Source: Gammaproteobacteria bacterium
GTDB lineage: Bacteria > Pseudomonadota > Gammaproteobacteria > GCA-001735895
Length of the DNA: 51,367 nt
Assembly (NCBI GenBank): GCA_024222685.1
Contig: JAAEOZ010000102.1
Location: 1-51,367, forward strand
Direction: 5' to 3'
Shown here in pieces: positions 21,937 through 31,428 of the stretch; position 1 is the first letter of the stretch, and every line of letters starts with the position of its first letter. The notes below the pieces were generated by a model. That model saw nothing but the letters and a program-made list of their open reading frames with translations. It had not been told where the DNA came from and made no database searches. The translations under genes were made by a program, and so were the position numbers.

Positions 21937-23253
21937 TTAAATTAATACTCTTCGAATATCCGCAATGGTTCGACTAAGATAACTGACAAAACGAGCACCC
22001 TGTGCTCCATCAATAACTCGATGATCGTATGATAACGCCAAAGGCAAAATTAATCCCGGTCTGAAATTGCCATTGTCCTCATAAACCGGCTGCATTTTAG
22101 CTTTGCCTACTCCCAATATGGCCACTTCAGGTGCATTCACGATCGGCGTGAAATGTGACCCTCCGATACCGCCGAGGCTTGATATCGAGAAGCATCCACC
22201 CTGCATATCGCTGGGCGAAAGTTTACCTTCACGGGCACGACCGGCCGTAGTAGACAGCTCTTCGGCCAGATCAAACAGGCCTTTTTGATCGACCTCCCGA
22301 ATAACTGGCACCACCAGCCCATTGGGCGTATCGACCGCCACGCCAATATTGAAATATTTTTTTAGAATCAGGCGTTCACCGCCACTGTCCAGAGAGGCAT
22401 TGACTTCGGGAAAATTCTTTAGAGCAGCTACAGCCGCTTTCATCAAAAATACCAAAGGAGTTAACCTTACACCGCTTTGCTCAGCTTCTTTTGCTAGCGA
22501 CTTTCTGAAAACTTCAAGTTCAGTGATATCCACCTCGTCAAACTGGGTTACATGCGGTACGGTTACCCAGCTTCGATGTAGATGCGCAGCTGAGATTTTT
22601 CTAATGCGATTAAGATCGATTGCTTCGATTTCACCAAATTTTGAGAAATCGATATCTGGCATGGCAGCAATCGGTATACCACCTCCAGTAGCTGCAACAC
22701 CACTGGCTAAAGTTGTTTTGATAAAAGCTTTAACGTCTTCTTTTAATATTCTGCCCTTTGCCCCACTTCCAATAACTCGGTTAAGATCAGCACCCAACTC
22801 GCGAGCATATCGTCTAATCGAAGGACTGGCATGAATGAGATTACCTGAGCGGTCTACCGTTTCCACAGCTAGTTTAGGCGGTGGTTTACGTGATTTTCCC
22901 AGGGTGGAGGATTCTTCTAACCCCACTTCAACTACTTCGGTATTCCCCTCGGCCGACTCTTCAACTTCTGCTGATTTTATTTCCTCTTTGCCAGTAGTCT
23001 CGATAACACCTGTTGTTATCTCAATCGTGGCAACCTCGCTTCCTTCTGAAATTCGATCACCAACTTTGACAATGAGCGTCTGCACCTTACCGGCATAAGG
23101 ACTCGGAATCTCCATCGTCGCTTTATCAGACTCGAGCACAATAATCGAATCCTCAGCCTGAATTTCGTCACCGGGAGTAATCAAAACTTCGATGATTTCT
23201 ATCTCGTCGAAATCACCCACGTCGGGTAGATGAATTGTCTTTATCTCTGCCAC
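21937..23253 (-). CDS. aceF: Pyruvate dehydrogenase E2 dihydrolipoamide acetyltransferase (single lipoyl domain)
   Basis: 438 aa with the lipoyl-Lys context LESDKATMEIP, a subunit-binding domain (ASPSIRRYARELG), and catalytic SYDHRVIDGA. Confidence 0.93.
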   Translation of the reverse strand: MAEIKTIHLPDVGDFDEIEIIEVLITPGDEIQAEDSIIVLESDKATMEIPSPYAGKVQTLIVKVGDRISEGSEVATIEITTGVIETTGKEEIKSAEVEESAEGNTEVVEVGLEESSTLGKSRKPPPKLAVETVDRSGNLIHASPSIRRYARELGADLNRVIGSGAKGRILKEDVKAFIKTTLASGVAATGGGIPIAAMPDIDFSKFGEIEAIDLNRIRKISAAHLHRSWVTVPHVTQFDEVDITELEVFRKSLAKEAEQSGVRLTPLVFLMKAAVAALKNFPEVNASLDSGGERLILKKYFNIGVAVDTPNGLVVPVIREVDQKGLFDLAEELSTTAGRAREGKLSPSDMQGGCFSISSLGGIGGSHFTPIVNAPEVAILGVGKAKMQPVYEDNGNFRPGLILPLALSYDHRVIDGAQGARFVSYLSRTIADIRRVLI

Positions 23254-23275
23254 TGCTTATCTCCTTCGCAGAACG

Positions 23276-25933
23276 CTAAACGCTCATCGGATTGGGTTTT
23301 TCCGCATCAATACCGTATTTCCTAATGGCTTGCTGAACAATTTTTACATCGATTTCGCCGTCGTCAACCAGCGCTTTAAGTGCAGCAATGACGACATAAA
23401 AGCGGTTTACTTCAAAGAATATTCGCAGATTATCACGTGTATCACTACGACCGAAACCATCTGTCCCTAAAGTAACAAACCGGTTCGGTATAAATTCACG
23501 CAATTGACTGACAAAAGCCCGCGTGTAATCGGTTGCCATCACTGCAGGGCCCTTGCGACCCTGCAACTGTGTTTCCAGGTAACTCTTACGTGCTTTTTTT
23601 GTCGGATGCAATTGATTCCAGCGCACACAGTCGCTTGCTTCGCGTGCAAGTTCATTGACACTGGTGACACTCCAGACGTCGGCATTAATGTCAAAATCAT
23701 TTTTCAAAAGCGTTGCTGCTTGGATGACTTCGCGTAAAATTGTTCCAGATCCCATGAGCTGAACTTTTATTCCTTTCTCATCTGTTTCCCGGAAGCAATA
23801 AATTCCCTTGACAATCCCCTCTTCCACCCCTGCGGGCATGGCTGGATGAGGATAGTTTTCATTCATCACTGTTATGTAGTAAAACACCTTATCGTGAAGT
23901 TGATACATGCGTTTCATACCATGCTGAACAATTACCGCCAGCTCGTAGGCAAAAGTGGGATCATAAGAGACGCAATTCGGTATGGTTCCGGCGACAATAA
24001 GACTATGACCATCCTGATGCTGTAATCCCTCACCGGCCAGTGTCGTTCGCCCTGCGGTTCCACCCATGAGAAATCCACGTGCCTGCATATCACCCGCTGC
24101 CCAGGCAAGATCCCCGATACGTTGAAAGCCAAACATTGAATAATAAATATAAAACGGGATCATGCTGATGCCATGAGTACTATAGGCCGTTGCAGCCGCA
24201 ATCCATGACGACATTGCCCCGGCTTCGTTAATACCCTCTTCCAGAATTTGACCTTTTTTGTCTTCGCGGTAGTACATCACCTGATCGGAATCCATGGGTT
24301 CGTATAGTTGCCCTTTAAAGGAATATATACCCAGTTGTCTGAACATACCCTCCATACCGAAGGTACGCGCTTCATCGGGCACGATTGGAACAATATTTTT
24401 CCCAATCTGTTTATCACGAGCCAGTGCCGAAAGGATTCGAACAAAGGCCATTGTGGTTGAGAAATCACGTTCACCACTATCCTGCAACAGGGCATCGAAT
24501 AATTTTAAAGCTGGGATAGCCAATGGTTCCGAGGTATCGGTTCGGATCGGCATATACCCACCAAGGTTGTCTCGTTGTTTCTTCAGATACTCAAATTCCA
24601 CACTGCCTTCTGGAAAACGGTAAAACGGTGTTTCCGAAATCTCGTCATCGCTAATCGGTATATTAAATCGATCGCGGAATGCCTTAAGTGCCTGCTCTCC
24701 CATCTTTTTTTGTGAGTGGGTTATATTCTGACCTTCTCCAGCTTCCCCCATTCCATAGCCTTTTACAGTTTTTGCCAGGATGACAGTGGGTCGATCTTTA
24801 TGTTCGATTGCTTCTGCATAGGCTGCATACACTTTGTGTGGATCGTGTCCTCCCCGATTGAGACGCCAGATATCTTCATCGGACATATCGGCGACCATTT
24901 CTTTCAATTCCGGATATTTCCCAAAAAAGAATTCTCGTGTGTAAGCGCCACCTTTGGCTTTATAAGACTGATACTCGCCATCCAGCGCTTCTTCCATGCG
25001 TTTTTGCAATAGCCCGTCTTTATCTTTGGCTAAAAGTGGATCCCAGTAAGAGCCCCAGATAACCTTGATGACATTCCAGCCAGCGCCGCGAAATACCGCC
25101 TCAAGTTCCTGAATAATCTTGCCATTACCTCGTACTGGGCCATCGAGTCGTTGCAAATTACAGTTGATCACAAACACCAGATTATCGAGATTCTCTCGCG
25201 ATGCCAGAGAAATAGCGCCCAGCGATTCGGGTTCATCCATTTCGCCATCGCCCATAAAAGCCCAGACCTTGCGATTCTGAGACGACTGGATCTCACGGTT
25301 TTCAAGGTATTTCATAAACCGAGCCTGGTAAATTGCCATAATTGGCCCCAGCCCCATCGACACGGTCGGGAACTGCCAGAAATTCGGCATTAACCATGGA
25401 TGCGGATACGAAGACAAGCCGTTTTCGTTAAGTGCCTCCTGACGGAATGCCTTGAGTTGATCTTCGCTTAATCTACCTTCGAGGAAGGCACGGGCATATA
25501 CGCCGGGTGCCGAATGCCCCTGAAAAAAAACCAGGTCGCCTTTATTCTCCTCGGTCGGTGCACGGAAAAAATGATTAAAGCCCACATCATATAAGGTTGC
25601 AGCGGAGGCAAAACTGGCGATATGACCGCCGAGCTCTGAAGATATCCGATTAGCATGGACGACCATCGCAGCTGCGTTCCAGCGAATCACCGATCGAACG
25701 GTGTGTTCGATAGCCTGATCACCGGGAATCGGCCTTTGTGTAGAAGTAGGAATGCTATTAACGTAAGCTGTGTTTGCCGTATAAGGCAAATAAGCTCCAG
25801 AGCGACGAGCCTTATCGATAAGTTTTTCTAAAAGAAAATGTGCGCGCTGTGGTCCCTCACGCTCAAGTACCGAGTCCAGAGACTCGACCCATTCCTGAGT
25901 TTCCTGTGGATCGATATCGTTTTCATCTACCAT
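23276..25933 (-). CDS. aceE: Pyruvate dehydrogenase E1 component (homodimeric type)
   Basis: 885 aa with the ThDP-binding region (GDGEMDEPES...NCNLQRLDG) and aceE-aceF-lpdA gene order. Confidence 0.96.
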   Translation of the reverse strand: MVDENDIDPQETQEWVESLDSVLEREGPQRAHFLLEKLIDKARRSGAYLPYTANTAYVNSIPTSTQRPIPGDQAIEHTVRSVIRWNAAAMVVHANRISSELGGHIASFASAATLYDVGFNHFFRAPTEENKGDLVFFQGHSAPGVYARAFLEGRLSEDQLKAFRQEALNENGLSSYPHPWLMPNFWQFPTVSMGLGPIMAIYQARFMKYLENREIQSSQNRKVWAFMGDGEMDEPESLGAISLASRENLDNLVFVINCNLQRLDGPVRGNGKIIQELEAVFRGAGWNVIKVIWGSYWDPLLAKDKDGLLQKRMEEALDGEYQSYKAKGGAYTREFFFGKYPELKEMVADMSDEDIWRLNRGGHDPHKVYAAYAEAIEHKDRPTVILAKTVKGYGMGEAGEGQNITHSQKKMGEQALKAFRDRFNIPISDDEISETPFYRFPEGSVEFEYLKKQRDNLGGYMPIRTDTSEPLAIPALKLFDALLQDSGERDFSTTMAFVRILSALARDKQIGKNIVPIVPDEARTFGMEGMFRQLGIYSFKGQLYEPMDSDQVMYYREDKKGQILEEGINEAGAMSSWIAAATAYSTHGISMIPFYIYYSMFGFQRIGDLAWAAGDMQARGFLMGGTAGRTTLAGEGLQHQDGHSLIVAGTIPNCVSYDPTFAYELAVIVQHGMKRMYQLHDKVFYYITVMNENYPHPAMPAGVEEGIVKGIYCFRETDEKGIKVQLMGSGTILREVIQAATLLKNDFDINADVWSVTSVNELAREASDCVRWNQLHPTKKARKSYLETQLQGRKGPAVMATDYTRAFVSQLREFIPNRFVTLGTDGFGRSDTRDNLRIFFEVNRFYVVIAALKALVDDGEIDVKIVQQAIRKYGIDAEKPNPMSV

Positions 25934-26143
25934 TGGTCTTTTACCTTTCGGGTAGTTGCCTGCTACTATGTGAATATGACGATATTAATTCGGCGATTCA
26001 TCGGCCCAGACTGCCAACCTATGATCGAGAAAAATAATCATTGATAATGCCGGGCATTATACGGCATATTTAACATTCGGTATTTATACCCTCATAATTT
26101 TTTACAATATAATTATTGCAATTTTCTAAACTGACTTAACCCT

Positions 26144-27184
26144 ATGGACACTCTCAGTATCATCAAACCAGATGACTGGCACCTACACCTGCGTGACTCG
26201 CCCTATCTACAGAAGATTCTAGTACATAGCGCAAATCAATTCGCACGAGCGATTATCATGCCGAATCTAACTCCGCCGGTACGCAACAGTAATGATGCTG
26301 AATCCTATCGACAAAGAATTCTATCTGCCTTGCCACAAGGCAGTAATTTTCAACCTCTAATGACATTATATCTTACTGACAATACATCCCTGGACGACAT
26401 ACATCAGGCAGCAGAAAGTAACAGTATCGTGGGGTTAAAACTTTATCCTGCAGGTGCGACCACTAATTCTGATGCAGGCGTAACTGATTTAAAAAAGATG
26501 TATCCTGTGTTCGATGCCATGCAACAGCGTAATCTGGTGCTACAGGTTCATGGTGAATCCAACAAAAAGGAAGTTGATATTTTTGATCGCGAAAAAGTTT
26601 TTATCGAAGATAGTCTTGATCCAGTACGTCGGCAATTTCCAGAACTACGCATTGTTTTTGAACACATTACTACAGCTGATGCGGTAGACTACGTAAGTTC
26701 TGAAAACAGTCACCTGGCAGCAACTATTACTCCCCATCACTTGTTGATAAACCGTAATGATCTGTTTACAGGTGGCATTCGACCGCATCATTACTGCCTG
26801 CCTGTCGCGAAAAGAGAGCAGCATCGACTCGCATTGATTACTGCAGCGACAAAAGGTAAAGCGAACTTTTTTGCAGGAACCGACAGTGCCCCACATGCCA
26901 GAAATAAAAAAGAATCATCCTGCGGTTGCGCTGGTATTTACTCTGCCTTTAGTGCCATTGAGCTGTATGCTGAGGCTTTTGAGATTTCACAGAATTTTTC
27001 TAATTTTGAGGCATTTATGAGCCTTAATGGGCCGACATTTTATCAGTTGCCCGTCAATCAGGATAAGATAACAATACAAAAGTCGTGCTGGACTTTGCCA
27101 ACGACTCTGAATTACGTCGACGATGAGCTTATACCATTTAAAGCGGGGCAGACATTACAGTGGCGGCTGATCGAAAATGCCTGA
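26144..27184 (+). CDS. pyrC: Dihydroorotase (class II)
   Basis: 346 aa with [10 protein letters not shown], and FAGTDSAPH. Confidence 0.93.
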   Translation: MDTLSIIKPDDWHLHLRDSPYLQKILVHSANQFARAIIMPNLTPPVRNSNDAESYRQRILSALPQGSNFQPLMTLYLTDNTSLDDIHQAAESNSIVGLKLYPAGATTNSDAGVTDLKKMYPVFDAMQQRNLVLQVHGESNKKEVDIFDREKVFIEDSLDPVRRQFPELRIVFEHITTADAVDYVSSENSHLAATITPHHLLINRNDLFTGGIRPHHYCLPVAKREQHRLALITAATKGKANFFAGTDSAPHARNKKESSCGCAGIYSAFSAIELYAEAFEISQNFSNFEAFMSLNGPTFYQLPVNQDKITIQKSCWTLPTTLNYVDDELIPFKAGQTLQWRLIENA

Positions 27185-27800
27185 TCTGACTCCAATTGCT
27201 CATCGTTTCAGAGGATACCTGCCGGTTGTAGTAGATGTCGAGACAGGCGGATTCAACGAACAGACCGATGCACTGTTACAGATCGCAGCTGTCATTGTCG
27301 ACCGAGATGAAAAAGGACAATACTATTGCACGGAAACAGTTTCCTGCCATGTGAACCCTTTTAGCGGCTCGAGGCTCGACCCGAAATCAATGGAAGTAAA
27401 CGGAATAATAGTTGATCATCCATTTCGCCTCGCTGTCGACGAGAAAGTAGCCTTACCTAAAATATTCAAACCGGTACGTACCGCGCTAAAAAAGCATAAT
27501 TGCACCAAAGCAATCCTGGTTGGCCATAACGCACATTTCGATTTAAAATTTATCAATGCTGCTACACAACGCTGTGGCATCAAGCGAAACCCTTTCCACC
27601 CTTTCAGTACTTTTGATACAGTTTCGTTATCTGGTCTGGTTTATGGGCAAACAGTACTGGCGCGTTCTGTAAAAGCTGCTAATCTTGACTGGAATGCAGA
27701 CGAAGCACATTCAGCCATTTATGATGCAGAAATGACGGCCCAACTATTCTGTAAGATAATTAACGATATCCCTTTTACTCCGGGCGATGTAAAATCCTGA
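27177..27800 (+). CDS. rnt: Ribonuclease T
   Basis: 207 aa with DEDDh exonuclease motifs ([27 protein letters not shown]). It overlaps pyrC by 8 nt. Confidence 0.92.
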   Translation: MPDLTPIAHRFRGYLPVVVDVETGGFNEQTDALLQIAAVIVDRDEKGQYYCTETVSCHVNPFSGSRLDPKSMEVNGIIVDHPFRLAVDEKVALPKIFKPVRTALKKHNCTKAILVGHNAHFDLKFINAATQRCGIKRNPFHPFSTFDTVSLSGLVYGQTVLARSVKAANLDWNADEAHSAIYDAEMTAQLFCKIINDIPFTPGDVKS

Positions 27801-27838
27801 GCCATCCGCGGCCATAATTCATATCTAACTATAATTCA

Positions 27839-28741
27839 TTGCGCAAAGAAGACCTTTCCATCATCGTAGTTGACGACCTCCAGTTTAGCCGGGAAGTGGT
27901 GAAATCAGCACTGACTAAAGCTGGATTTGGCGATATTCGCACAGCATCGTCAGCGGATGAGGGTATGTTTTTGCTAAACGAAAAGCGGGCCCACGTAGTT
28001 CTTGCAGACTTCTGGATGCCGGGAATGAATGGCCTCGAGATGACCGACCTGATCAGACGTTGGGACGAAAACAATGATCGTTATACCGGCATAGTATTGC
28101 TCACTGCTGAAGATACCACATCTAGTATTGTTGTCGCGTTTGATAGAGGTGTTGATGATTTCGTTTCAAAATCAGCAAGCCAGTTTGAATTAGCAGCTCG
28201 AGTTTACGGTGCCGCCAGAAATGCTTTCCAGCAAAATGAATTGCGTGAACGTACAAGAATGATAAGCAATCAGTTCATGCGTGTTAAACAATTCTGTTTG
28301 CAGGATCCAGAAACAAATTTGCCTAATCGAGTTCAGCTTGAGTCACACTTAAAATCTCTTATCGATCATTGTGTATCAAGAGGAGGTGGCCTTGCTGTTG
28401 GGTTGATTGAAGTAGAGTCGGAAGATTCTATGCTGCGTCCGGGTACACTGAAAACTATTGCTAATTCACTGCAGTTAGCCATTCGACCAATGGATACGGT
28501 ATCGAGATTTGATTCTAATACATTCGCTGTTTCAATCTATTATGATGATCCGGAAGTATTTAATATCAACCTGTTTCATCGCCTGATTACCAGTATTAAA
28601 CGGCATACACACCAGACTAGTGACGAAGGCAAACCCCTGAAAATCTCAACCGGTATATGGTATGGACACGAACTCGATCCACAACCGTCTACACAGACGA
28701 TAATTTCTAAGGTGCAGAACTCAATGGAAAGAATTAGTTAA
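27839..28741 (+). CDS. Response-regulator receiver domain fused to a degenerate GGDEF domain (GGDEF replaced by DSNTF, RxxD I-site retained)
   Basis: REC motifs are present (IIVVDD, LADFWMPGMNG, DFVSK). The GGDEF-fold N-terminal motif ETNLPNR is present. RPMD-TVSRF-DSNTF occupies the RxxD-x5-GGDEF position. The start is a TTG without a clear SD, so it is uncertain. Confidence 0.75.
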   Translation: MRKEDLSIIVVDDLQFSREVVKSALTKAGFGDIRTASSADEGMFLLNEKRAHVVLADFWMPGMNGLEMTDLIRRWDENNDRYTGIVLLTAEDTTSSIVVAFDRGVDDFVSKSASQFELAARVYGAARNAFQQNELRERTRMISNQFMRVKQFCLQDPETNLPNRVQLESHLKSLIDHCVSRGGGLAVGLIEVESEDSMLRPGTLKTIANSLQLAIRPMDTVSRFDSNTFAVSIYYDDPEVFNINLFHRLITSIKRHTHQTSDEGKPLKISTGIWYGHELDPQPSTQTIISKVQNSMERIS

Positions 28742-28792
28742 AAAGCCCCGATTAAAACAACCGAAGCTATTACTGAAGTAGTGGTTTAATTT

Positions 28793-29119
28793 TTAGTTCA
28801 CTTTTTTCTCAAGTGCTGCTTTGGTCATTTTCTCCAGCTCGCCTGATTGGTGCATCTCGAGTGTAATATCACAACCACCAATCAGTTCGCCATCGACATA
28901 AACCTGTGGGAATGTCGGCCAGTCAGCAAATCGTGGTAAGTTCTGAAAAATTTCCGGATCACTCAAGACATTGACAAAGGCAAATTCAATTTGCAGAGAC
29001 TTAAGAGCTTCCGCTGTTCGGCTGGAAAAGCCGCATTGCGGCAATTGTGGTGTACCTTTCATGTAAATGATTACAGGGTGACCCTCTACCTGCTGTTTTA
29101 TACGTTCGAGAACGTCCAT
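28793..29119 (-). CDS. grxD: Monothiol (Grx4-type) glutaredoxin
   Basis: The CGFS active site is present (PQCGFS), along with WPTFPQVYVDGELIGGCDI. The ATG at 29117-29119 follows GAGGAAA and is preferred over the track TTG at 29134. Confidence 0.9.
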   Translation of the reverse strand: MDVLERIKQQVEGHPVIIYMKGTPQLPQCGFSSRTAEALKSLQIEFAFVNVLSDPEIFQNLPRFADWPTFPQVYVDGELIGGCDITLEMHQSGELEKMTKAALEKKVN

Positions 29120-29197
29120 CAACTTTCCTCTCAATAACTGACTAATTTACTAGGTTATTATGATATCTGCTTTTCATGTGAATTAACAAGCATTGTG

Positions 29198-30967
29198 TTA
29201 TATATGTTGCTGCAACCAGTATTCAAGCAATGCGCTATGCCAGAGCTTACTACCATTCAGCCTGGTGAAATGCTGCTCCGGTTCTGCGAGTAATTTATCG
29301 TGATAGGTTCTATTAAAAATTCCACGTTCCCGGCATGCCTGACTATTCAACGTATCAGCCATAAATTGATAGAAATCACCTCTGACATACTTTAAGGCAG
29401 GCATGGGGAAGTATCCTTTGGGCCTGTTAATCACTGCATCGGGAATTTTATCACGTGCAATTTCTTTCAGGATGCCTTTGCCATGATGCTTAAGCTTTAG
29501 TTCTGGCGGACAGGCAGATGCGAGTTCAACCAGATGATGATCAAGAAAAGGCACCCTGGCTTCAAGCCCCCAGGCCATTGTCATGTTATCGACTCGCTTA
29601 ACAGGATCGTCGACCACAAGCGTAGTCACATCGAAGCGTAGTACAGCGTCCATGAAAGTGTCAGCATGTTCACTATTTAATGCCTCTTCAATCAATGTGG
29701 CGGTATAGTCATGTCCGTGAAAATCAGAGCTCACAGTTTGCAAAAACTCCTCGTGCTCGCGATCAACATAATGGGGAGCAAATCGTTGCAATGGATTTCC
29801 GGCCTCGGCCAACATACGCCCATACCAGAAATATCCTGCAAAAACTTCATCTGCTCCCTGGCCACTTTGCACCACTTTGACTGATTGAGAAACCTGCTCT
29901 GACAATAGATAAAAAGCCACAGCATCCTGGCCAAACATGGGTTCTGCCATGGCTTCAACGGCCTCGGGTAATCTCGCGAGTACCTGATTGTTAGGAATTA
30001 GAAATTTATGATGTTCAGTCTGATAACGTTCTGCTACGGGGTCGGAAAATTCAAATTCACTACCTTTTTCTTCAGGTTGATCTTCAAACCCAATACTGAA
30101 TGTTTTAATCTGACCAGCCCCCGCCTCCGCCAGTAGAGCAACCAGCAGGCTTGAATCAAGCCCTCCCGAAAGCAAAACACCTACCGGAACATCCGCTATA
30201 TCAATGCGACGTTTGACTGCCTCGATCAATGACGCGTGTATTTTCTCATTCCACTCCTGGCTGGTTAACGCATTCTCTGGCCGATGAGCTTTCAGTAGCC
30301 AGTATCTTTGTTCGTTTATAATACCATCGGAATCGACGAGCATCTGGAAACCGGGACGAAATTTTCTAACTCCTTTTAACAGGGTCCGAGGTGCTGGAAT
30401 CACCGCATGCAGACTGAGTTGATAATGAAGCCCTACAGGGTCAATAGAAGTATCACATTCGCCGGTAGCTATTAATGCCTGAGGATTAGAAGCAAAATAA
30501 AAACCACGACCTGTCTGCATATAATATAGCGGCTTTATGCCGAGACGATCACGCGCCAGGAAAAGAGATTTCTTCAGTCTATCCCAGATCGCAAATGCAA
30601 ACATACCATGCAGTTTTTCGGTACAGGCATCGCCCCATCGGGCATAAGCGTTAATAATCACCTCAGTATCACTATGCGAGCGAAACTGATAGCCTTCTGC
30701 AATCAATTGTTGACGTAATTCCGGGTAGTTATAAATCGTACCATTAAAAACAATGAAATAACGTTCAGCGACATCCTGCATCGGCTGATGCCCGTGCCTG
30801 GATAGATCGATAATAGAGAGCCTTCTGTGGCCCAGCAACACCGCATCTTCACTCCAGAAGCCTTCATCGTCCGGACCACGTCGTGCTACCTTTTCTGACA
30901 TGGCAATAGCAACTGCTCTGTCGACTGGCTCATCGACAAAACTTAACGCACCATACAACCCGCACAT
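29198..30967 (-). CDS. Glutamine-hydrolysing asparagine synthase family amidotransferase (AsnB/AsnO-like)
   Basis: 589 aa with the N-terminal nucleophile MCGL, GHRRLSIIDLS, and the PP-loop LLSGGLDSS. Confidence 0.85.
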   Translation of the reverse strand: MCGLYGALSFVDEPVDRAVAIAMSEKVARRGPDDEGFWSEDAVLLGHRRLSIIDLSRHGHQPMQDVAERYFIVFNGTIYNYPELRQQLIAEGYQFRSHSDTEVIINAYARWGDACTEKLHGMFAFAIWDRLKKSLFLARDRLGIKPLYYMQTGRGFYFASNPQALIATGECDTSIDPVGLHYQLSLHAVIPAPRTLLKGVRKFRPGFQMLVDSDGIINEQRYWLLKAHRPENALTSQEWNEKIHASLIEAVKRRIDIADVPVGVLLSGGLDSSLLVALLAEAGAGQIKTFSIGFEDQPEEKGSEFEFSDPVAERYQTEHHKFLIPNNQVLARLPEAVEAMAEPMFGQDAVAFYLLSEQVSQSVKVVQSGQGADEVFAGYFWYGRMLAEAGNPLQRFAPHYVDREHEEFLQTVSSDFHGHDYTATLIEEALNSEHADTFMDAVLRFDVTTLVVDDPVKRVDNMTMAWGLEARVPFLDHHLVELASACPPELKLKHHGKGILKEIARDKIPDAVINRPKGYFPMPALKYVRGDFYQFMADTLNSQACRERGIFNRTYHDKLLAEPEQHFTRLNGSKLWHSALLEYWLQQHI

Positions 30968-31020
30968 ACAACCTCACAAATTTTGATATCTATGATAAAT
31001 TTCAACGACTTAGCAGAGAT

Positions 31021-31239
31021 TCATTGCACCGCATTCAGAAAGTCCCTTTTCTCCACCGCGTGCAACGAGGAAGGTAGACCTGCAAGTACAATATCTATCC
31101 CCTGTATTCTAAACATATAATTTCTGGAGTCATCAAAGAATCCTTTAAAATCAATACCGGGAACTATTATTGCCGGCTTTGTAGTTGCCATTGTGCCGAT
31201 GTTATCGATAAACCAAAACCGTCGCATTGATGGCTTCAC
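31021..31239 (-). CDS. Questionable 72-aa ORF (GTG start, no SD), antisense to a terminator-backed small plus-strand ORF
   Basis: Supported by the ORF track only. I recognise no family. It competes with 31199..31336 (+). Confidence 0.25.
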   Translation of the reverse strand: MKPSMRRFWFIDNIGTMATTKPAIIVPGIDFKGFFDDSRNYMFRIQGIDIVLAGLPSSLHAVEKRDFLNAVQ

Positions 31240-31336
31240 GTACGAACACGCTGTTATCGGTGCCTACGCTATTAGGTGTAACAGCACAGGGACATGGAAT
31301 GCTGTTCTGACCTTCCAGCCAAAACGCAATAACTAG
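31199..31336 (+). CDS. Candidate small protein or C-terminal remnant (45 aa from ATG; the frame is open from 31121)
   Basis: My translation is MLSINQNRRIDGFTYEHAVIGAYAIRCNSTGTWNAVLTFQPKRNN. The stop at 31334-31336 is followed 2 nt later by a strong hairpin plus T-run. The upstream in-frame residues GTIIAGFVVAIVP look like a TM helix but have no canonical start. Confidence 0.3.
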   Translation: MLSINQNRRIDGFTYEHAVIGAYAIRCNSTGTWNAVLTFQPKRNN

Positions 31337-31337
31337 A

Positions 31338-31365
31338 AGCCTCGCTATGCGGGGCTTTTTTATTT
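31338..31365 (+). terminator. Rho-independent terminator
   Basis: AGCCTCGC-TAT-GCGGGGCT followed by TTTTTTATTT. Confidence 0.6.
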
Positions 31366-31428
31366 CGAAACTACTTGAATTTGCTGTAAATAAGCGTATG
31401 TTTGAGCGTTTTTTTCACGGCAGCAGCT

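Noticed and set aside
25934-26143. Possible PdhR operator or other regulator site in the aceE/pyrC divergent region (small hairpin ATGCCG-n10-CGGCAT near 26048-26069).
   Set aside because: No match to the PdhR palindrome (AATTGGT-n3-ACCAATT) and no pdhR gene upstream of aceE. The 6-bp stem is too weak to interpret.
31366-31428. ARG-box-like TGAAT words upstream of argD (about 31376-31395) and upstream of argA (about 34790-34812).
   Set aside because: Only the TGAAT half-site matches. The symmetric ATTCA half is poor in both cases, and the ArgR type used by this organism is unknown.
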